NCBI RefSeq assembly: GCF_032191835.1 | Contig: NC_083237.1 | Location: 5,332,001 to 5,396,000 of the forward strand | Source of the DNA: Heteronotia binoei | Taxonomy: Eukaryota | Length of the DNA stretch: 64,000 nt | Direction: 5' to 3' | In this document: positions 25,871 to 38,600 of the stretch, piece after piece | Layout: every line of letters starts with the position of its first letter | Numbering within the stretch: position 1 is the stretch's first letter | Translations under genes and position numbers: made by a program | Notes under the pieces: model-generated | The model's input: only the letters and a program-made list of their open reading frames with translations | Databases searched by the model: none | Told to the model about the DNA's origin: nothing

Positions 25871-26287
25871 AAATTTTAGCTGCATGACAGCAATAATATT
25901 GGGACTTCTATTATATTTCCAAGCTACTAAAAGGTCATTAACATTTTTAACATATTTCCTAATGTTTAAGGGGGCCGCGGCCCTGCTTTCAGCAGCAGTC
26001 TGCAGCCCTGCAGGGTTTTCCACTGCCCTTTTCCCGTGTGAAGAGGACAGCAGTTCTACCCTGTTCAGAAGAAGATGATCTTGGATTTTTACCCCACCCT
26101 CCACTCTGAATCTCAGAGCGGCTCACCGTCTCCTTTACCTTCTTCCCCCACAACGGACCACCTGTGAGGTAGGTGGGGCTGAGAGATCTCTCCCTGAAGT
26201 TGCCCTTTCAAGGACAGCTCTGCGAAAGCTATGGCTGACCCAACAGCTGCAAGTGGAGGAGTGGTTCTCCCATAGAAGAGTCCACAC

Positions 26288-26667
26288 CAGAGCCGGATTA
26301 ACAATTAGGCCAAGTAGGCACCGGGCTATGGGCCCCCACACCTTTAGGAGCCCCAGGCTGGTTTCCCTCCCTCTTATTCCCCCCCCCCCCCTGCTTGCAG
26401 CCCTCCCAGCCTGGACGTGCGGCCAGCAACTGAGCTGCTCTTGGCCCGACTTGCCTCGTGCGGCTGCTGCTGGTGTCGTTGCCAAGTTTGCCTCTCTCTG
26501 CCTCTCCCCTGCAGCTTTGTTAAAGGGGCTTTTGAGAAGGTGTCTGCGTGCTGCAGTGGAGGCCGTGGGCAGTGGGGTGGGTGCTCAGGCTCTGAGATAA
26601 TTTGTGAGGCCCCCCCTCCCAAGATTTCGACTGCCTAGGGGCCCCCACAGGATTTAATCCAGCACTG
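26288..26667. mobile_element. hAT-like MITE inserted in a Squam3-like SINE
   Basis: Ends CAGAGCCGGATTA / TAATCCAGCACTG; 8-bp TSD GTCCACAC / GTCCGCAC. Confidence 0.75.
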
Positions 26668-26836
26668 GTCCGCACACTTAACCACTACACCAAATTGGCT
26701 CTCTTAGGATGTGAACTGCTCTGGACAGTAGGCGGGGGGTATAGAGGGCACATTTCAAGTGGAGGCTTGAGAATGTTTCTCCACACACACCTTTCTGTGC
26801 CGTTTGAGCCGGCTACAGCAATAGAATTGTTATAAG

Positions 26837-27030
26837 CAACGTTCCCTCTAAGCTGCAGAGTCTTGTGAGCAAAAATTCTACTTTGTGAGCGACTGGCCTT
26901 AAAGTTGGGAGCTGCCGCATCAACGAGTGCGCTCGGGGGTCGTCCTTCCTGAGCGAAGACAAAAATGTGTGAGCTGGAGGCTAAAAATCTGTGCGCTCGC
27001 TCACGCTAACTCAGCTTAGAGGGAACACTG
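26837..27030. mobile_element. hAT-type MITE (about 194 bp)
   Basis: TIRs CAACGTTCCCTCTAAGCTG / CAGCTTAGAGGGAACACTG with a perfect 8-bp TSD GTTATAAG. Other copies near 890, 19180, 37519, 38530, 49533-50125, 50436. Confidence 0.88.
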
Positions 27031-30000
27031 GTTATAAGTCAGGGTGAGACCAAGAGACGGAGCCGCAACAATCACAGTGCCTATCTACACAACTAGTCTG
27101 ATACTCCCACCCACCCACCCCCCTTTTACCTTTCCATTTTTAACTCCATGAAGAACTGGGTAAAGTCATCGCGTAGGAACTGATTTCCAGATATGGAGGA
27201 AGAACTCTGCTCTTGGGGCGGCTGAATAAATGCAAAAGACGAAAACTGTCTTGTGGGATCTTCAAAACAATGTGACTGGTCGAAGCTTTCCTGTATCAAC
27301 ACAACAGAGCATCAGAATGTCAGAGCCTTGCTGGATCAGGCCAATGGTCCATGCGGTCCAGTATCCCATTTCTAGCTGTTGAAGATTTTAAAGCCGAGCT
27401 TAGATGACAGGTGCCTCAGTATGTTGTAGTCTCTGGCACCCTGCAGTTGGCATTCAGATACACTGGGTCCGGAGGCTCAGTTTATCTACTATGAATAAAA
27501 ATGTCATTGGAATAGATAGATGCTCAATATTGCTTCTGAACATCGGCGGCCATGCATACGTGAGCAGTATTCAGTGGAAGATACCAGACAGCTGTTATGT
27601 AAGAATCCAAAATTTACTTAGGACGTTTATCTGCCATGTTGAATTCCATCAGGAGAATTTTCCAGCAAACAGAATAATGGAATTGAGATACAGTACCGGA
27701 AAAAAAAATTAGAGGCAAACATTTTAAATCTGCCATACTTTCTGAAGGTGATAAGGAGCTACAAAATGCTCATGTTAAGAACAAAGCAAATGCTTTGGAA
27801 TTCGAAGCACTTGGATCCTGGGTGGATTTAACCCCCCCCCCCCACACACACACACACAAACCTGTTACTCTCCTTTGCAGGCAACTTTCCTGTTATCAAA
27901 ATAGTTTAAATGTCTAGAACATCTTTTCTTACCCACAGATAGCCCTTTAATCTTAAACAACTCATCCGCAATAATACAACATTTACTTGGAACGTGGACA
28001 CTGGTACCAGAGTCTGAAATATATCTAGATGCCAACTTTGCTGCCACCCCGTCCCCCCCAGTGGACCTAACCACATCATCTGCACCATCTTAAGCTCTTC
28101 ACTTGCCAGTCTTCTTGTATATGCCATTAAATGCCAACCATGCCCCTCAGTTCTCGACATAGGGCAAACAGGTCAAACCCCATGCTAATGGATACAAATC
28201 TGACATCAAGAACCACAAAACGGAGAAACCCTACCTCCCAAGACTCTCATTAAAAAGGTAAAGGTAAAGTCCCCTGCGCAAGTACCAGTCGTTTCTGACT
28301 CTGGGGTGACATCGCATCGCGACATTTTCGTTGGGGGACCTTAAAGAAGCTATTCTATTGGGAAAGAATTTCAGAAACAGACTAGAATGAGAGATTGCAG
28401 AGTTACAACTTGTCGTCACAACGCTGAGGACAATGGAACCCGCAGGGTTTAACAGAGATATCCGGGTGTCTTAAATCTCATTACGTATGCTGATGAGTGC
28501 GCCCATCCGCTTGTAACCTTTTTTTATTATGCTGTATGCTAATTTGCTGGTCTCCTCAGGTTTTACCAATTGCCTTAATCCAATTTAATTATATCTAAGC
28601 TACTTCCGCATTTTGGAGTCTAATCAGGCCTTCCTGACCGCACCCTCCCCACCCTCTCTCTCCCTTTATGTCCTGGTTGGTGTGACTTGACTTCTGTCCC
28701 ATGGGACCTGAGCACCCAAGAGTGCTTAGACCCAGAATAAAACTTTTGTTGGTCTTAAAAGATGCTACCGGGCTCAAACTTTTTCCTGCTGCTTCAGACC
28801 AGCACTGTTGCCCACCTGAATCGAAGTCAGGAGCAGTCAAAACTTGCTTAACATAAGAGCCGCACTGAATAAATGTTACGTGTTTGAGAGCTGTAAAATG
28901 GGAGGGAGGGAGGAAAATAGATGGGGAGGGGGAGGTGAAAAGAAAGCAACTTCAAATGCATTCTCCAAGTTACCAATTGGCTTGGCAAAATGATTTAAAG
29001 AGACAAATGCTTTCTCCAAGCTGGCTGACAAGGCTTTGAGTGCCACACAATATGTCTGAAAGAGCCACAGTTTGGCCACCCCTGATCTAGGTTAAGAAGC
29101 AGTATGAAAGACCTCTGCCTGAAACCCTGGAGAGCCGCTGCCAGTCTGAGTAGCCAATACTGACCCTGATGGACGGATGGTCTCATTCGGGATAAGGTAG
29201 CTCCATTACAAGATAATGCATGGAATGGAGAAAATAGAGAAAGAAGTCCTTTTCTCCCTTTCTCACAATACAAGAACTCGTGGGCATTCGATTAAATTGC
29301 TGAGCTTAAATTGCTTCAGTTGGGTTAGAACGGATAAAAGGAAATACCTCTTCACCCAAAGGGTGATTAACATGTGGAATTCACTGCCACAGGAAGTGGT
29401 GGCGGCTACAAGCATAGCCAGCTTCAAGAGGGGGTTAGATAAAAATATGGAGCAGAGGTCCATCAGTGGCTATTAGCCAGAGTGTGTGTGTATATACACA
29501 CACAACAAGAAGTCCAAGCCCTTGCCACATTTGGCCACTATGTGACACTGAATGTTGGACTGGATGGGCCATTGGCCTGATCCAACATGGCTTCTCTTAT
29601 GTATTTTTGCATTCCGCTGTCGATTAAAAGGAAGGAGAATTCTGAACCAGACACGACGGCAGCTAGTGGCGTTTTTCAGGGCAAGCACCCACACCAATAA
29701 ATGCGGGCTAACTCGTGTAAAATCTACCGGGGTGGAGGGCGCTTTGGTTATAATAGAACTTGGTTAAATATAGGGTTTTTTTTACATTAGGCGAATAGCT
29801 AGCCAGCTTCAATAGGCGAGAATGCGTTTCCATCTTGTTTGTATTGGGAGCTCCCGGAGGGAAACAAAAACACCAGGCAAAGTACAAAAAAAAGGGGGGG
29901 ATCAGGTTTTGTGAATAAACGGATGAAGTTTTCAACGATCAGGCCGACCAGGCTTTTTAAAATCTCTACAATCCCTTCGTATCTCGCTGCGGCTCGTTTT

Positions 30001-30058
30001 CGGGGGGTCCCGGAGCCATCGCGCTTCATGTCCCTTTACTCCCAAGCTCCTTGTCAGA

Positions 30059-30507
30059 TGTGTTACTTGACCCGCTTCAAGAAGCGATTGTGACGAAGGG
30101 ACCGGCCAGATCCCCTTCTTTCCTTCACCGTCGAGATGTAGACCCTCTAGGCTTTCGGAACCGCCAGTTGCCGCCGCCCTGGATCCAAAGGACCTTTTGC
30201 TATTTTCAGCCAAAAGCAAAAGTTTGCAAATCTGGAGGCAGCCAAAGCCGGCGCCCCTAGAGTTCCCGCTTCGTTTCCAGGCCAACGCCGATTCCCCCGG
30301 GCGTGAAAACCAGGCCCCCGAACCGGGGCATTCTCCCCAAGGATCCCACCGGGAATGGGCAAGATTCGCCAAGGGGCTTTCGATTAATCGGGTGTTTTGT
30401 GGCGACCAAGAAACACAAAGTTGCAGCGAGCGCGGGGGACCTGCCTGGGTCTTGGAGAGAGGTGCCACGAACGCACCAATCAGCGCGCAGCTCCTCCCCT
30501 ATAAATA
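30059..30507 (+). promoter_or_regulatory. Histone H1 promoter (TG box, AC/H1 box, CCAAT, TATA)
   Basis: TGTGTTA at 30059-30065, AAGAAACACA at 30408-30417, CCAAT at 30476-30480, TATAAATA at 30500-30507: the known order of H1 promoter elements. Confidence 0.85.
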
Positions 30508-30589
30508 CCAGGCAGCTCCTGCGTGATTCCTATTCGGCTTTTCTGCTTTAAAGAAGGAAGTTGTAGGAATCGCGTTTTAGGGCTGCAAG

Positions 30590-31243
30590 ATGACCGAAGA
30601 GGCTCCTGCTGCGCTCGCCGCGGATCTCCAGCCCGCAAAGGCGCCGGCGAAGAAGGCCAAGAAGGCGGCGGTGAAGGCGCGCAAGCCGTCGGGCCCCAGC
30701 GTGACGGAGCTGCTGACCCAGGCCGTGTCGGCTTCCAAGGAGCGCAGCGGGGTCTCCCTGGCGGCGCTCAAGAAGTCTCTGGCGGCCGCCGGCTACGACG
30801 TGGAGAAGAACAACAGCCGCATCAAGCTGGGCCTGAAGAGCTTGGTGACCAAAGGCACGCTGGTGCAGACCAAGGGCACGGGCGCCTCGGGCTCCTTCAA
30901 GCTCAACAAGAAGCAGGTGGAGGAGAAGAAGGGGGCGGCCAAGAAGAAGCAGAGCCCCGCCGGGGCGGCCAGGAGCAAGAAGCCCGCCGCCAAGAAGCCG
31001 GCCAGCGCTGCCAAGAAAGTCAAGAAGGCGGTGGGTGCCAAGAAGAGCGTCAAGAAAGTGACTAAGAAGCCCGCGGCTTCAGGAGCCAAGAAGGCGGTAG
31101 CCAAGAGTCCCAAAAAGGTGGCCAAACCCAAGAAAGTGACCAAGAGCCCCGCGAAAGCTCGCACGGCGAAGCCCAAAGCCAAGCCCAAGACTCCCAAAGC
31201 GAAGGTAGCTAAGCCCAAGAAGGCGGCGCCTAAGAAGAAGTAA
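30590..31243 (+). CDS. Histone H1 (replication-dependent), 217 aa
   Basis: Intronless ORF with globular domain [71 protein letters not shown] and a Lys/Ala/Pro tail. Confidence 0.98.
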   Translation: MTEEAPAALAADLQPAKAPAKKAKKAAVKARKPSGPSVTELLTQAVSASKERSGVSLAALKKSLAAAGYDVEKNNSRIKLGLKSLVTKGTLVQTKGTGASGSFKLNKKQVEEKKGAAKKKQSPAGAARSKKPAAKKPASAAKKVKKAVGAKKSVKKVTKKPAASGAKKAVAKSPKKVAKPKKVTKSPAKARTAKPKAKPKTPKAKVAKPKKAAPKKK

Positions 31244-31290
31244 GACCCCCCCAGTTCTCAGGCCAAGGAGCGCGCTCCAAACCCCCCAAA

Positions 31291-31306
31291 GGCTCTTTTA
31301 AGAGCC
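31291..31306 (+). terminator. Histone 3' stem-loop of H1
   Basis: GGCTCTTTTAAGAGCC flanked by CCAAA and ACCCA; purine-rich HDE (GAAAAGAGCTG) about 15 nt downstream. Confidence 0.95.
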
Positions 31307-32052
31307 ACCCACCATTTCCTGAAAAGAGCTGAATTTGCAGTATATATAATATGGTTTCGGAGAGTAGCCTTGTGTTGGTCTGCAGTTGGAACAGCGAGAT
31401 TGCAGCCCCATTCTAAGACAACGGGTTGGTATGGTTACATCCTGGATGCAACTTGGGTCTTAAAATGGTGCTTGTGTTTGAAACGCATTTTAAAGCACCT
31501 ATTTAGAATAAGGTAGAACAAAGCAGGAGTCAAACTAAATTCAGAATATAAACTTTCGTATGCATGCATAGTTCTGCAGACGGAGATAGGTACATAAGGT
31601 AGTGATTGGTAGCACTCGCCTGTGACAACTGCTTTCTATAGACACCCCCCCTACACACACACACACGTTTAAAATAAGTCTTGAAAATGTTGATAGATCC
31701 AAATGGGCAGCCGTGGTTTGATGCAGTAGAACAAAGTAGGAGTTAAGTGTACCTTAAGACCAACAAAGTTTCCTTCCGAGTTGGGCCAATGGGTGGGGGG
31801 GACATCTGGGAGACTCAGTCCTCACACCATGGAAACAACCGGGTAATTTTGAGCCAATCACGTACCAGCCCAACTCCCCTCCCAAGGTTGTTACGAGAGT
31901 CCCTACATGAAATAAACGCCGAAGTATAGTTCTAAGTGAAAACTGCTACATCCATTACGGAATTTAATTACACGCGAGTTGCAACTTAAAAAAACCGTTA
32001 AGCGATACAATTATATGCACTAAATGAGTCAGCCATTTTGTGACTTTGTGGT

Positions 32053-32068
32053 GGCTCTTAAAAGAGCC
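32053..32068 (-). terminator. Histone 3' stem-loop of H3
   Basis: Reverse complement reads GGCTCTTTTAAGAGCC, about 40 nt after the H3 stop. Confidence 0.95.
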
Positions 32069-32110
32069 TTTGGGTTGTTTTTTTAAAGTTCGAAGTTCTT
32101 TCTGGAAGAT

Positions 32111-32524
<414 letters not shown>

Positions 32525-32574
32525 TCAACACTGCTGGAACACACCGCAATAGCATAAACTGGCTGGGGTCTAGC

Positions 32575-32744
32575 TATTTATAGGCAACTGCTCCCGTTCT
32601 GATTGGCTGAAGGGTGTCCAGCGACCGTTGGGACAATTTGAATTTCCCGCGCTTTGCAGCTATTGGCTATATCGCGCGAGCCCTGACTGGCTAATCCTAA
32701 GCGAGAGGCGAGGTGGGCTTGTCTTCGGGAAGGACGTCCATTGG
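32575..32744 (-). promoter_or_regulatory. H3 promoter
   Basis: TATAAATA on the minus strand (32575-32582) and three CCAAT boxes (ATTGG at 32602, 32662, 32740). Confidence 0.8.
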
Positions 32745-33008
32745 ATAGCTTTCTGCCTAGACGGGCTGCATAGTTTTCCTTCTGGTCGGAATCAGCAAAA
32801 CCGTCTCTCTGATAATGCAAGTGGGCAGCCGTGTTGGTTTGAAGTAGTAGACCAAAATAGGAGTCGATTGCACCTCTAAGACCGACTTAGTTTTATTCAG
32901 AACGACAGCTTTCGCGTGCATGCACGCTTCTTCCGACGAGGAATGAGGGAAAGTAAGCAGAGCCATATTTAAATAATTGGAGGCGGTAGCCTTTTAGGCT
33001 ATTGTAGT

Positions 33009-33024
33009 GGTTCTGAAAAGAGCC
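33009..33024 (-). other. Orphan, one-mismatch histone stem-loop
   Basis: Minus strand CCAA-GGCTCTTTTCAGAACC-ACTAC followed by an HDE-like AAAAGGCT; no intact histone ORF upstream. Confidence 0.65.
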
Positions 33025-35288
33025 TTGGCTACAATTTGTGCACACTGACTGCCGGGTTCGCTCCTCACAGACCTGTCCGCAACTTCTCTTCGAGGGAAAG
33101 TGGACGTTAATGGGGGTCCCAGCGCCCAGGACCACCCCCGCTGAGAGCAGGAGTGGCCAGTGCTTAATACAAGAGCCAGGTAGAATAAATGTCAGATGTT
33201 TGCGAGCTACAAGACATGAACGTCAGGTGTTTGAGACCAGGTAGGCAGGAAAATAGATGGGGAGAGGTGGAAAGAAAGCAATTTTAAATGCATTTTCCAA
33301 GCGGCTGGCTGGCTTATTGATTTAAAGAGATAAATGCCTTCTCCAAGCCTGCTGACCTGGTGGTGAGGACTTCAAAAGCCACACAACATGTGTGAAAAAG
33401 CTAGTTTGGCCACCCTGCCCTAGAGCCTACCAGAAGTCTACCAACCACCATGTGCCTTTCCAGATGACCACTGCCACAAAATTGACCATGTCTAACCCTG
33501 GACTCCTGCATGCGAGGCGGGTCATGTATCCATAGTCCCACTGAAGAAAGTTGAAAGGCGGCGGGGGTGGGGAGGGGATGCTTCGGAAGAAATGCACTCT
33601 CCTCTCTCCCTTCTTGCTGGTGGGGAACTGTCCAGAGGACGAATTAAAAATGCAGAGCCATTTGGAATCTCCCCTTGACGCTGCCATGTGTGAGACGCAG
33701 AGCCGGCTACTTAAAGATAAAGGTAGTCCCCTGTGCAAGCACCAGTCGTTTCTGACTCTGGGGTGACGTTGCTTTCACAACATTTTCACGGCAGACTTTT
33801 TACGGGGTGGTTTGCCATTGCCTTCCCCAGTTATCTATACTCTCCCCCCGGCAAGCTGGGTGCTCATTTGACCGACCTCAGAAGGATGGAAGGCTGAGTC
33901 AACCTCAAGCTGGCTATCTGAAAACCCAGCTTCCGCCGGGGATCGAACTCCCGTCGTGAGCAGAGTTTAGGACTGCAGCTTTAACACTCTGCGCCTCTTA
34001 TAGGAGCAGGGAGACCTGGGTTCAAATCCTAGCTTGCCATGAAACTCACTGGGCGAGTCCTTCCCTCTTAGGTTAACTTACTCTCACAGGGCTACAGTGG
34101 GGGAAAAAAGGTGGGAAAGGAAACCACTGATGCCACTCTGCGCTCCTTGGAGAAAGGGAAGGATAAAAATTGCACTAAATAAATAGCACTGCCGATGGTA
34201 GGAAAAATGCCTGACTAGAAACAGATAAAACAGTTCAGTTGCAGCCATGTGACTAAAGAAGAATTGCAGATTTATACCCCGCCTTTCTCTCTGAATCAGA
34301 GACTCAGAGCGGCCTACAATCTCCTTTCCCTTCCTCCCCCACAACAGACACCCCGTGAGATGGGTGGGGCTGAGAGGGCTCTCACAGCAGCTGCCCTTTC
34401 AAGGACAGAGTCTCAGAACGGCCTACAAATTCCTATAGCTTCTCCCCCCACAACAAGACACCGTGTGAGGTGGGTGGGGCTGAGAGGGCTCTCACAGCAG
34501 CTGCCCTTTCAAGGACAGAGTCTCAGAGCGGCCTACAATCTCCTTTCCCTTCCTCCCCCACAACAGACACCCTGTGAGGTGGGTGGGGCTGAGAGGGCTC
34601 TCACAGCAGCTGCCCTTTCAAGGACAGAGACTCAGAGTGGCTTACAATCTCCTATATCTTCTCCCCCCACAACAGACACCCTGTGAGGTGGGTGGGGCTG
34701 AGAGGGCTCTCACAGCAGCTGCCCTTTCAAGGACAGAGACTCAGAGTGGCTTACAATCTCCTTTCCCTTCCTCCCCCACAACAGACACCCTGTGAGGTGG
34801 GTGGGGCTGAGAGGGCCCTCACAGCAGCTGCCCTTTCAAGGACAACCTCTGCCAGAGCTACGGCTGACCCAAGGGCATTCCAGCAGCTGCAAGTGGAGGA
34901 GTGGGGAATCAAACCCGGTTCTCCCAGATAAGAGTCCACACACTTCACCACTACACCAAACTGGCTCTCCGTATTGGCTGAAGGCATATTTAGAGGGTGA
35001 CAACTGTGGAGAGCGTGGTGCAGACCTTGGCAAGGAGACAGGAAAACTTGGAAGCACTTTGGGATGGGGGGGGGCAGAACAAGGATGGAGTAGAGGCTGT
35101 CCTCTCCCTTCTTGCTGGCAGGAAACTGCCCAGATGGAATTTTTAATGTCTGGAACAGTTTGGAATGTCCCCCCTTGTTCTTCGTGCACCTAAAACAATT
35201 CTGTTGGGAGGAAGATCCTACTTCAGGAAGCAGCAACTCCGTAGCAGTTTCTGCGCCAAACTAATAGGCCTCGGGATTCTCTGAGAAA

Positions 35289-35413
35289 ATATCAGGCTGG
35301 GGTAAAGGAGGAGCAACAGGGGTCATGGGAAGAGAGGTGCAAAGGGGCATCGCAAAGTCTTTCGAGATAATATCCAGAACACCACCAAGCCTGCAATCCG
35401 CTCTCTGGCTCTC
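35289..35413 (+). pseudogene. Histone H4 pseudogene, 5' half only
   Basis: ATA TCA GGC TGG GGT AAA GGA GGA, then after a frameshift [30 protein letters not shown] versus H4 [30 protein letters not shown]. Confidence 0.85.
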
Positions 35414-35600
35414 CTGTCCTGCTTTCCGTGACAGAGCTTGACTTTTGCTTCTGATCTCGCTTACTAGAGAGCAACAGAAATGGAGCCGCAGCAAGGACCA
35501 TCAAAAGCACTAAGGCCTCCGGTATTTTCACCCTTGCGGATTCGAACACAGCTGAGTTCTGATTGGACGAGGACACACTGTGAAGTTGACATCCAATTAG
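35403..35600 (-). pseudogene. Histone H2A pseudogene (first about 12 codons, 5' UTR and promoter)
   Basis: Aligns to 43510-43720 (intact H2A start and promoter): shared CTGCTTTCC, CTTCTGAyCTCGCTTA, GCGGATTCGAA, GAGTTCTGATTGGACGAGG and GTGAAGTT blocks. Confidence 0.75.
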
Positions 35601-38600
35601 AACCAGAGTGCCAGTTCCAGGCAATGAGAAGACCAGTTGTTTTAAATTAACCAATACTGTAAGGGGTCAGTTATCAATAAAAATACAATACTCTCTAACC
35701 TTTTTGGTTTGCGTGTTCTGCTTTGAATAAAGAAGAAAAAAAAAAACTTCATCTGCTGATCCAAAAGAAAAATACCCCAACCCAGTCTGCATGATGCTTT
35801 TTAAAAAATTAGGGTTCCACAATTTCCTTCATAAGGAAATGCAAATAATTGTGTTTTTTGTGGAATGCAATTGTTTTATAGCCCCACCCTTTAAAAAAAA
35901 AGCACCTGGAAATTCCTGGATAGCAGCTAACATCTGTTCACAGCACAGAACTTGGCTATAGCAGGTCTTTGTCTCCCATCACCTTCGTTTAAAAAAAAAA
36001 AATCTCTCCGAAGAAAAGTTCTGGAGAACGAGAAAGCTGACATTTGTTACATACCTTTTGTTTGGGCTTAATAACAGGTATTATATGGTCTGTGTTCTAT
36101 ATTGAAATAAAGCAGATTAAGGCCATGCGTTCTGAGATACCTCTTTGAGAGTGCTATGCCTCTTTAAATGATAACTAAATTTTATTCCAGCATTAATTTT
36201 TGGTAGTCTGGCATCCAGAAGATGATGATATTGGATTTATACCCTGCCCTCCACTCCAAATCTCAAAGCAGTTTAGTGTCCTTTCCTCCCTCCCCCCCAC
36301 CCCGACAAAAGACACTCTGTGAGGCGGGTGGGGCTGAGAGAGCTCTCCCAGAAGCTGCCCTTTCAAGGACAGAGGCTCAGAGCGGCCTACAAACTCCTTT
36401 CCCTTCCTCCCCCACGCCAGACACCCTGTGAGGTGGGTGGGAGTGAAAGAGTTCTCCCAGAAGCTGCCCTTTCAAGGACAGAGGCTCAGAGCGGCTTACA
36501 ATCTCCTTTCCCTTCCTCCCCCACAACAGACACCTTGTGAGGCGGGTGGGGCTGAGAGAGCTCCCCCAGAAGCTGCCCTTTCAAGGACAGCTCTGCGAGA
36601 ACTATGGCTAACCCAAGGCCATTCTGGTTTTCATTTATGATAGAATAATGCATTGGTCTGCAAAAGGCTGCAGCCTTCTGTGTTTTAGTTGCTGGCTTGA
36701 TAAAGGCCAGAATTAAAAATGATTATTTAAATTATCCATTTTTTAAAAAAAAATTAGTGTTATAGCTAGAGTTGTCAACCTCCAAGTGGAACTTGATACT
36801 CTCCCAGGATTACAGCTGCTCCCCAGATGAGATCAGTTCCCATGGAAAAGATGGGTGCTTTGAAGGATAGTTCTGGCTGGTTTTGCATCAGGGGGTGTGG
36901 CCTGATATGCAAATGAGCTCCTGCTCAACAAAAAAGCCCTGTGTGAAACAATGGTGATGCCCAGGAGGTGTGGCCTAATATACAAATGAGTTCCTGATGG
37001 GCTTTTTCTAAAACCTGCCCCCCCCCCCGGATATATTCCTCTGAGGTCCTCTCTCCCCAGATCCTGCCTTCTCTAGGCTCCAACCCTGAAGCTACAGGAA
37101 TTTCCTAACCTGGAGTTGGCAAGCCTAGTTATAGCCTAGCTTTCTCAATGAGATTCAAGGCAGGCTAGCTACAGGGTAAAAGCAATATGCTCATACAGTG
37201 TGGAATCTTCAGTAAACCATGGAATGCTATAGGATTAAAAGGAAATGTTTGTTCTATTGCTGTTATTCTCAGGCCCTGGCAATTTCATAGGATTGGCTCC
37301 TGAGCTAGCTCAGGCTATGCCAGCTCTTATCCATTGGTCAAAAAGGTGATTGCAAAGATGCAGAATGAGGACCTGAAGAGTGAAGCAAATAAATATGTCG
37401 AAATAGGAGACTGGTGTGAAAACTTACCCTCCTTCATTGTGGAATACTAAGAGTAATTAACTGAAACCTGTTGCACTCCGTACGTCTTCTCGCAGGCATG
37501 GAGGTTACGACCAACCAGTGTTCCCTCTAAGCTGAGTTAGCATGAGCTAGCTCACAGATTTTTAGCTTCCAGCTCACACATTTTTGTCTTAGCTCAGGAA
37601 GGATGACCCCAGAGCACACTAACTTATGCTGTAGCTCACACCTTTAATCCCAGTAGCTCACAAAATACAATTTTTGCTCACAAGACTCTGCAGCTTAGAG
37701 GGAAGATTGCTAACAGCATCCTTTTGTTTGATGTAGAAGAAGATATTGGATTTATATCTTGCCCTCCCCTCTGAAGAGTCTCAGAGGGGCTCACAATCTC
37801 CTTTCCCTTCCTCCCCAACAATAGACACCCTGTGAGGTAGATGAAGATATTGGATTTATATCCCGCCCTCCACTCCGAAGAGTCTCAGAGAGGCTCACAA
37901 TCTCCTTTCCCTTCCTCCCCCACAACAGACACCCTGTGAGGTTGGTGGGGCTGGAGAGGCTTTCCCAGCAGCTGTCCTTTCAAGGACATCTCTGCGAGAG
38001 CTATGGCTGACCCAAGGCCATGCCAGCAGGTGCAAGTGGAGGAGTGGGGAATCAAACCCGGTTCTCCCAGATAAGACTCCACACACTTAACCACTACACC
38101 AAACTGGCTCTCCCATGTAGGATAAAGGTTGTGCAGTATTACGTCTCCTCTGTCACCAGATCAGGGGGAAAAAATCATTTCAATATTCACTGCATTACAT
38201 CACAATCACTATTCTAAATGAAATAAAATAAATAGGATGTATAACCCTTCTTGCTGAGAATACATACGGTATGTATGAACTGAATGAGTTTAGCGTACAT
38301 AGTAAGAAAGCAATCCCTCATAAATCCTGGGGGTGGGTTGTTTTGAGTGTTGTAATGTCCTTCCAGTACATTTTGTGGGTAGCCTCAAAGGAGTTGTTGT
38401 ACTGCAAAGGAACTTCAAGTGCAGACTGGAAAGGGAAATTGCTGAATTACAAGTTATCACGACACTTGGAACAACCCCCTCTCACAGGATTTAACAGGGA
38501 TATTGCTTTCTTAATACCTCACGACCAATATTCCCTCTAAGCTATGGAATCTTGTGAGCAAAAATTCTGCTTTGTGAGAGACTGTCATTAAAAGACATGA

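Noticed and set aside
27150-28220. AT-rich segment that may be an old LINE (L1/Tx1-like) remnant
   Set aside because: No diagnostic motif survived in any frame I read; left unassigned.
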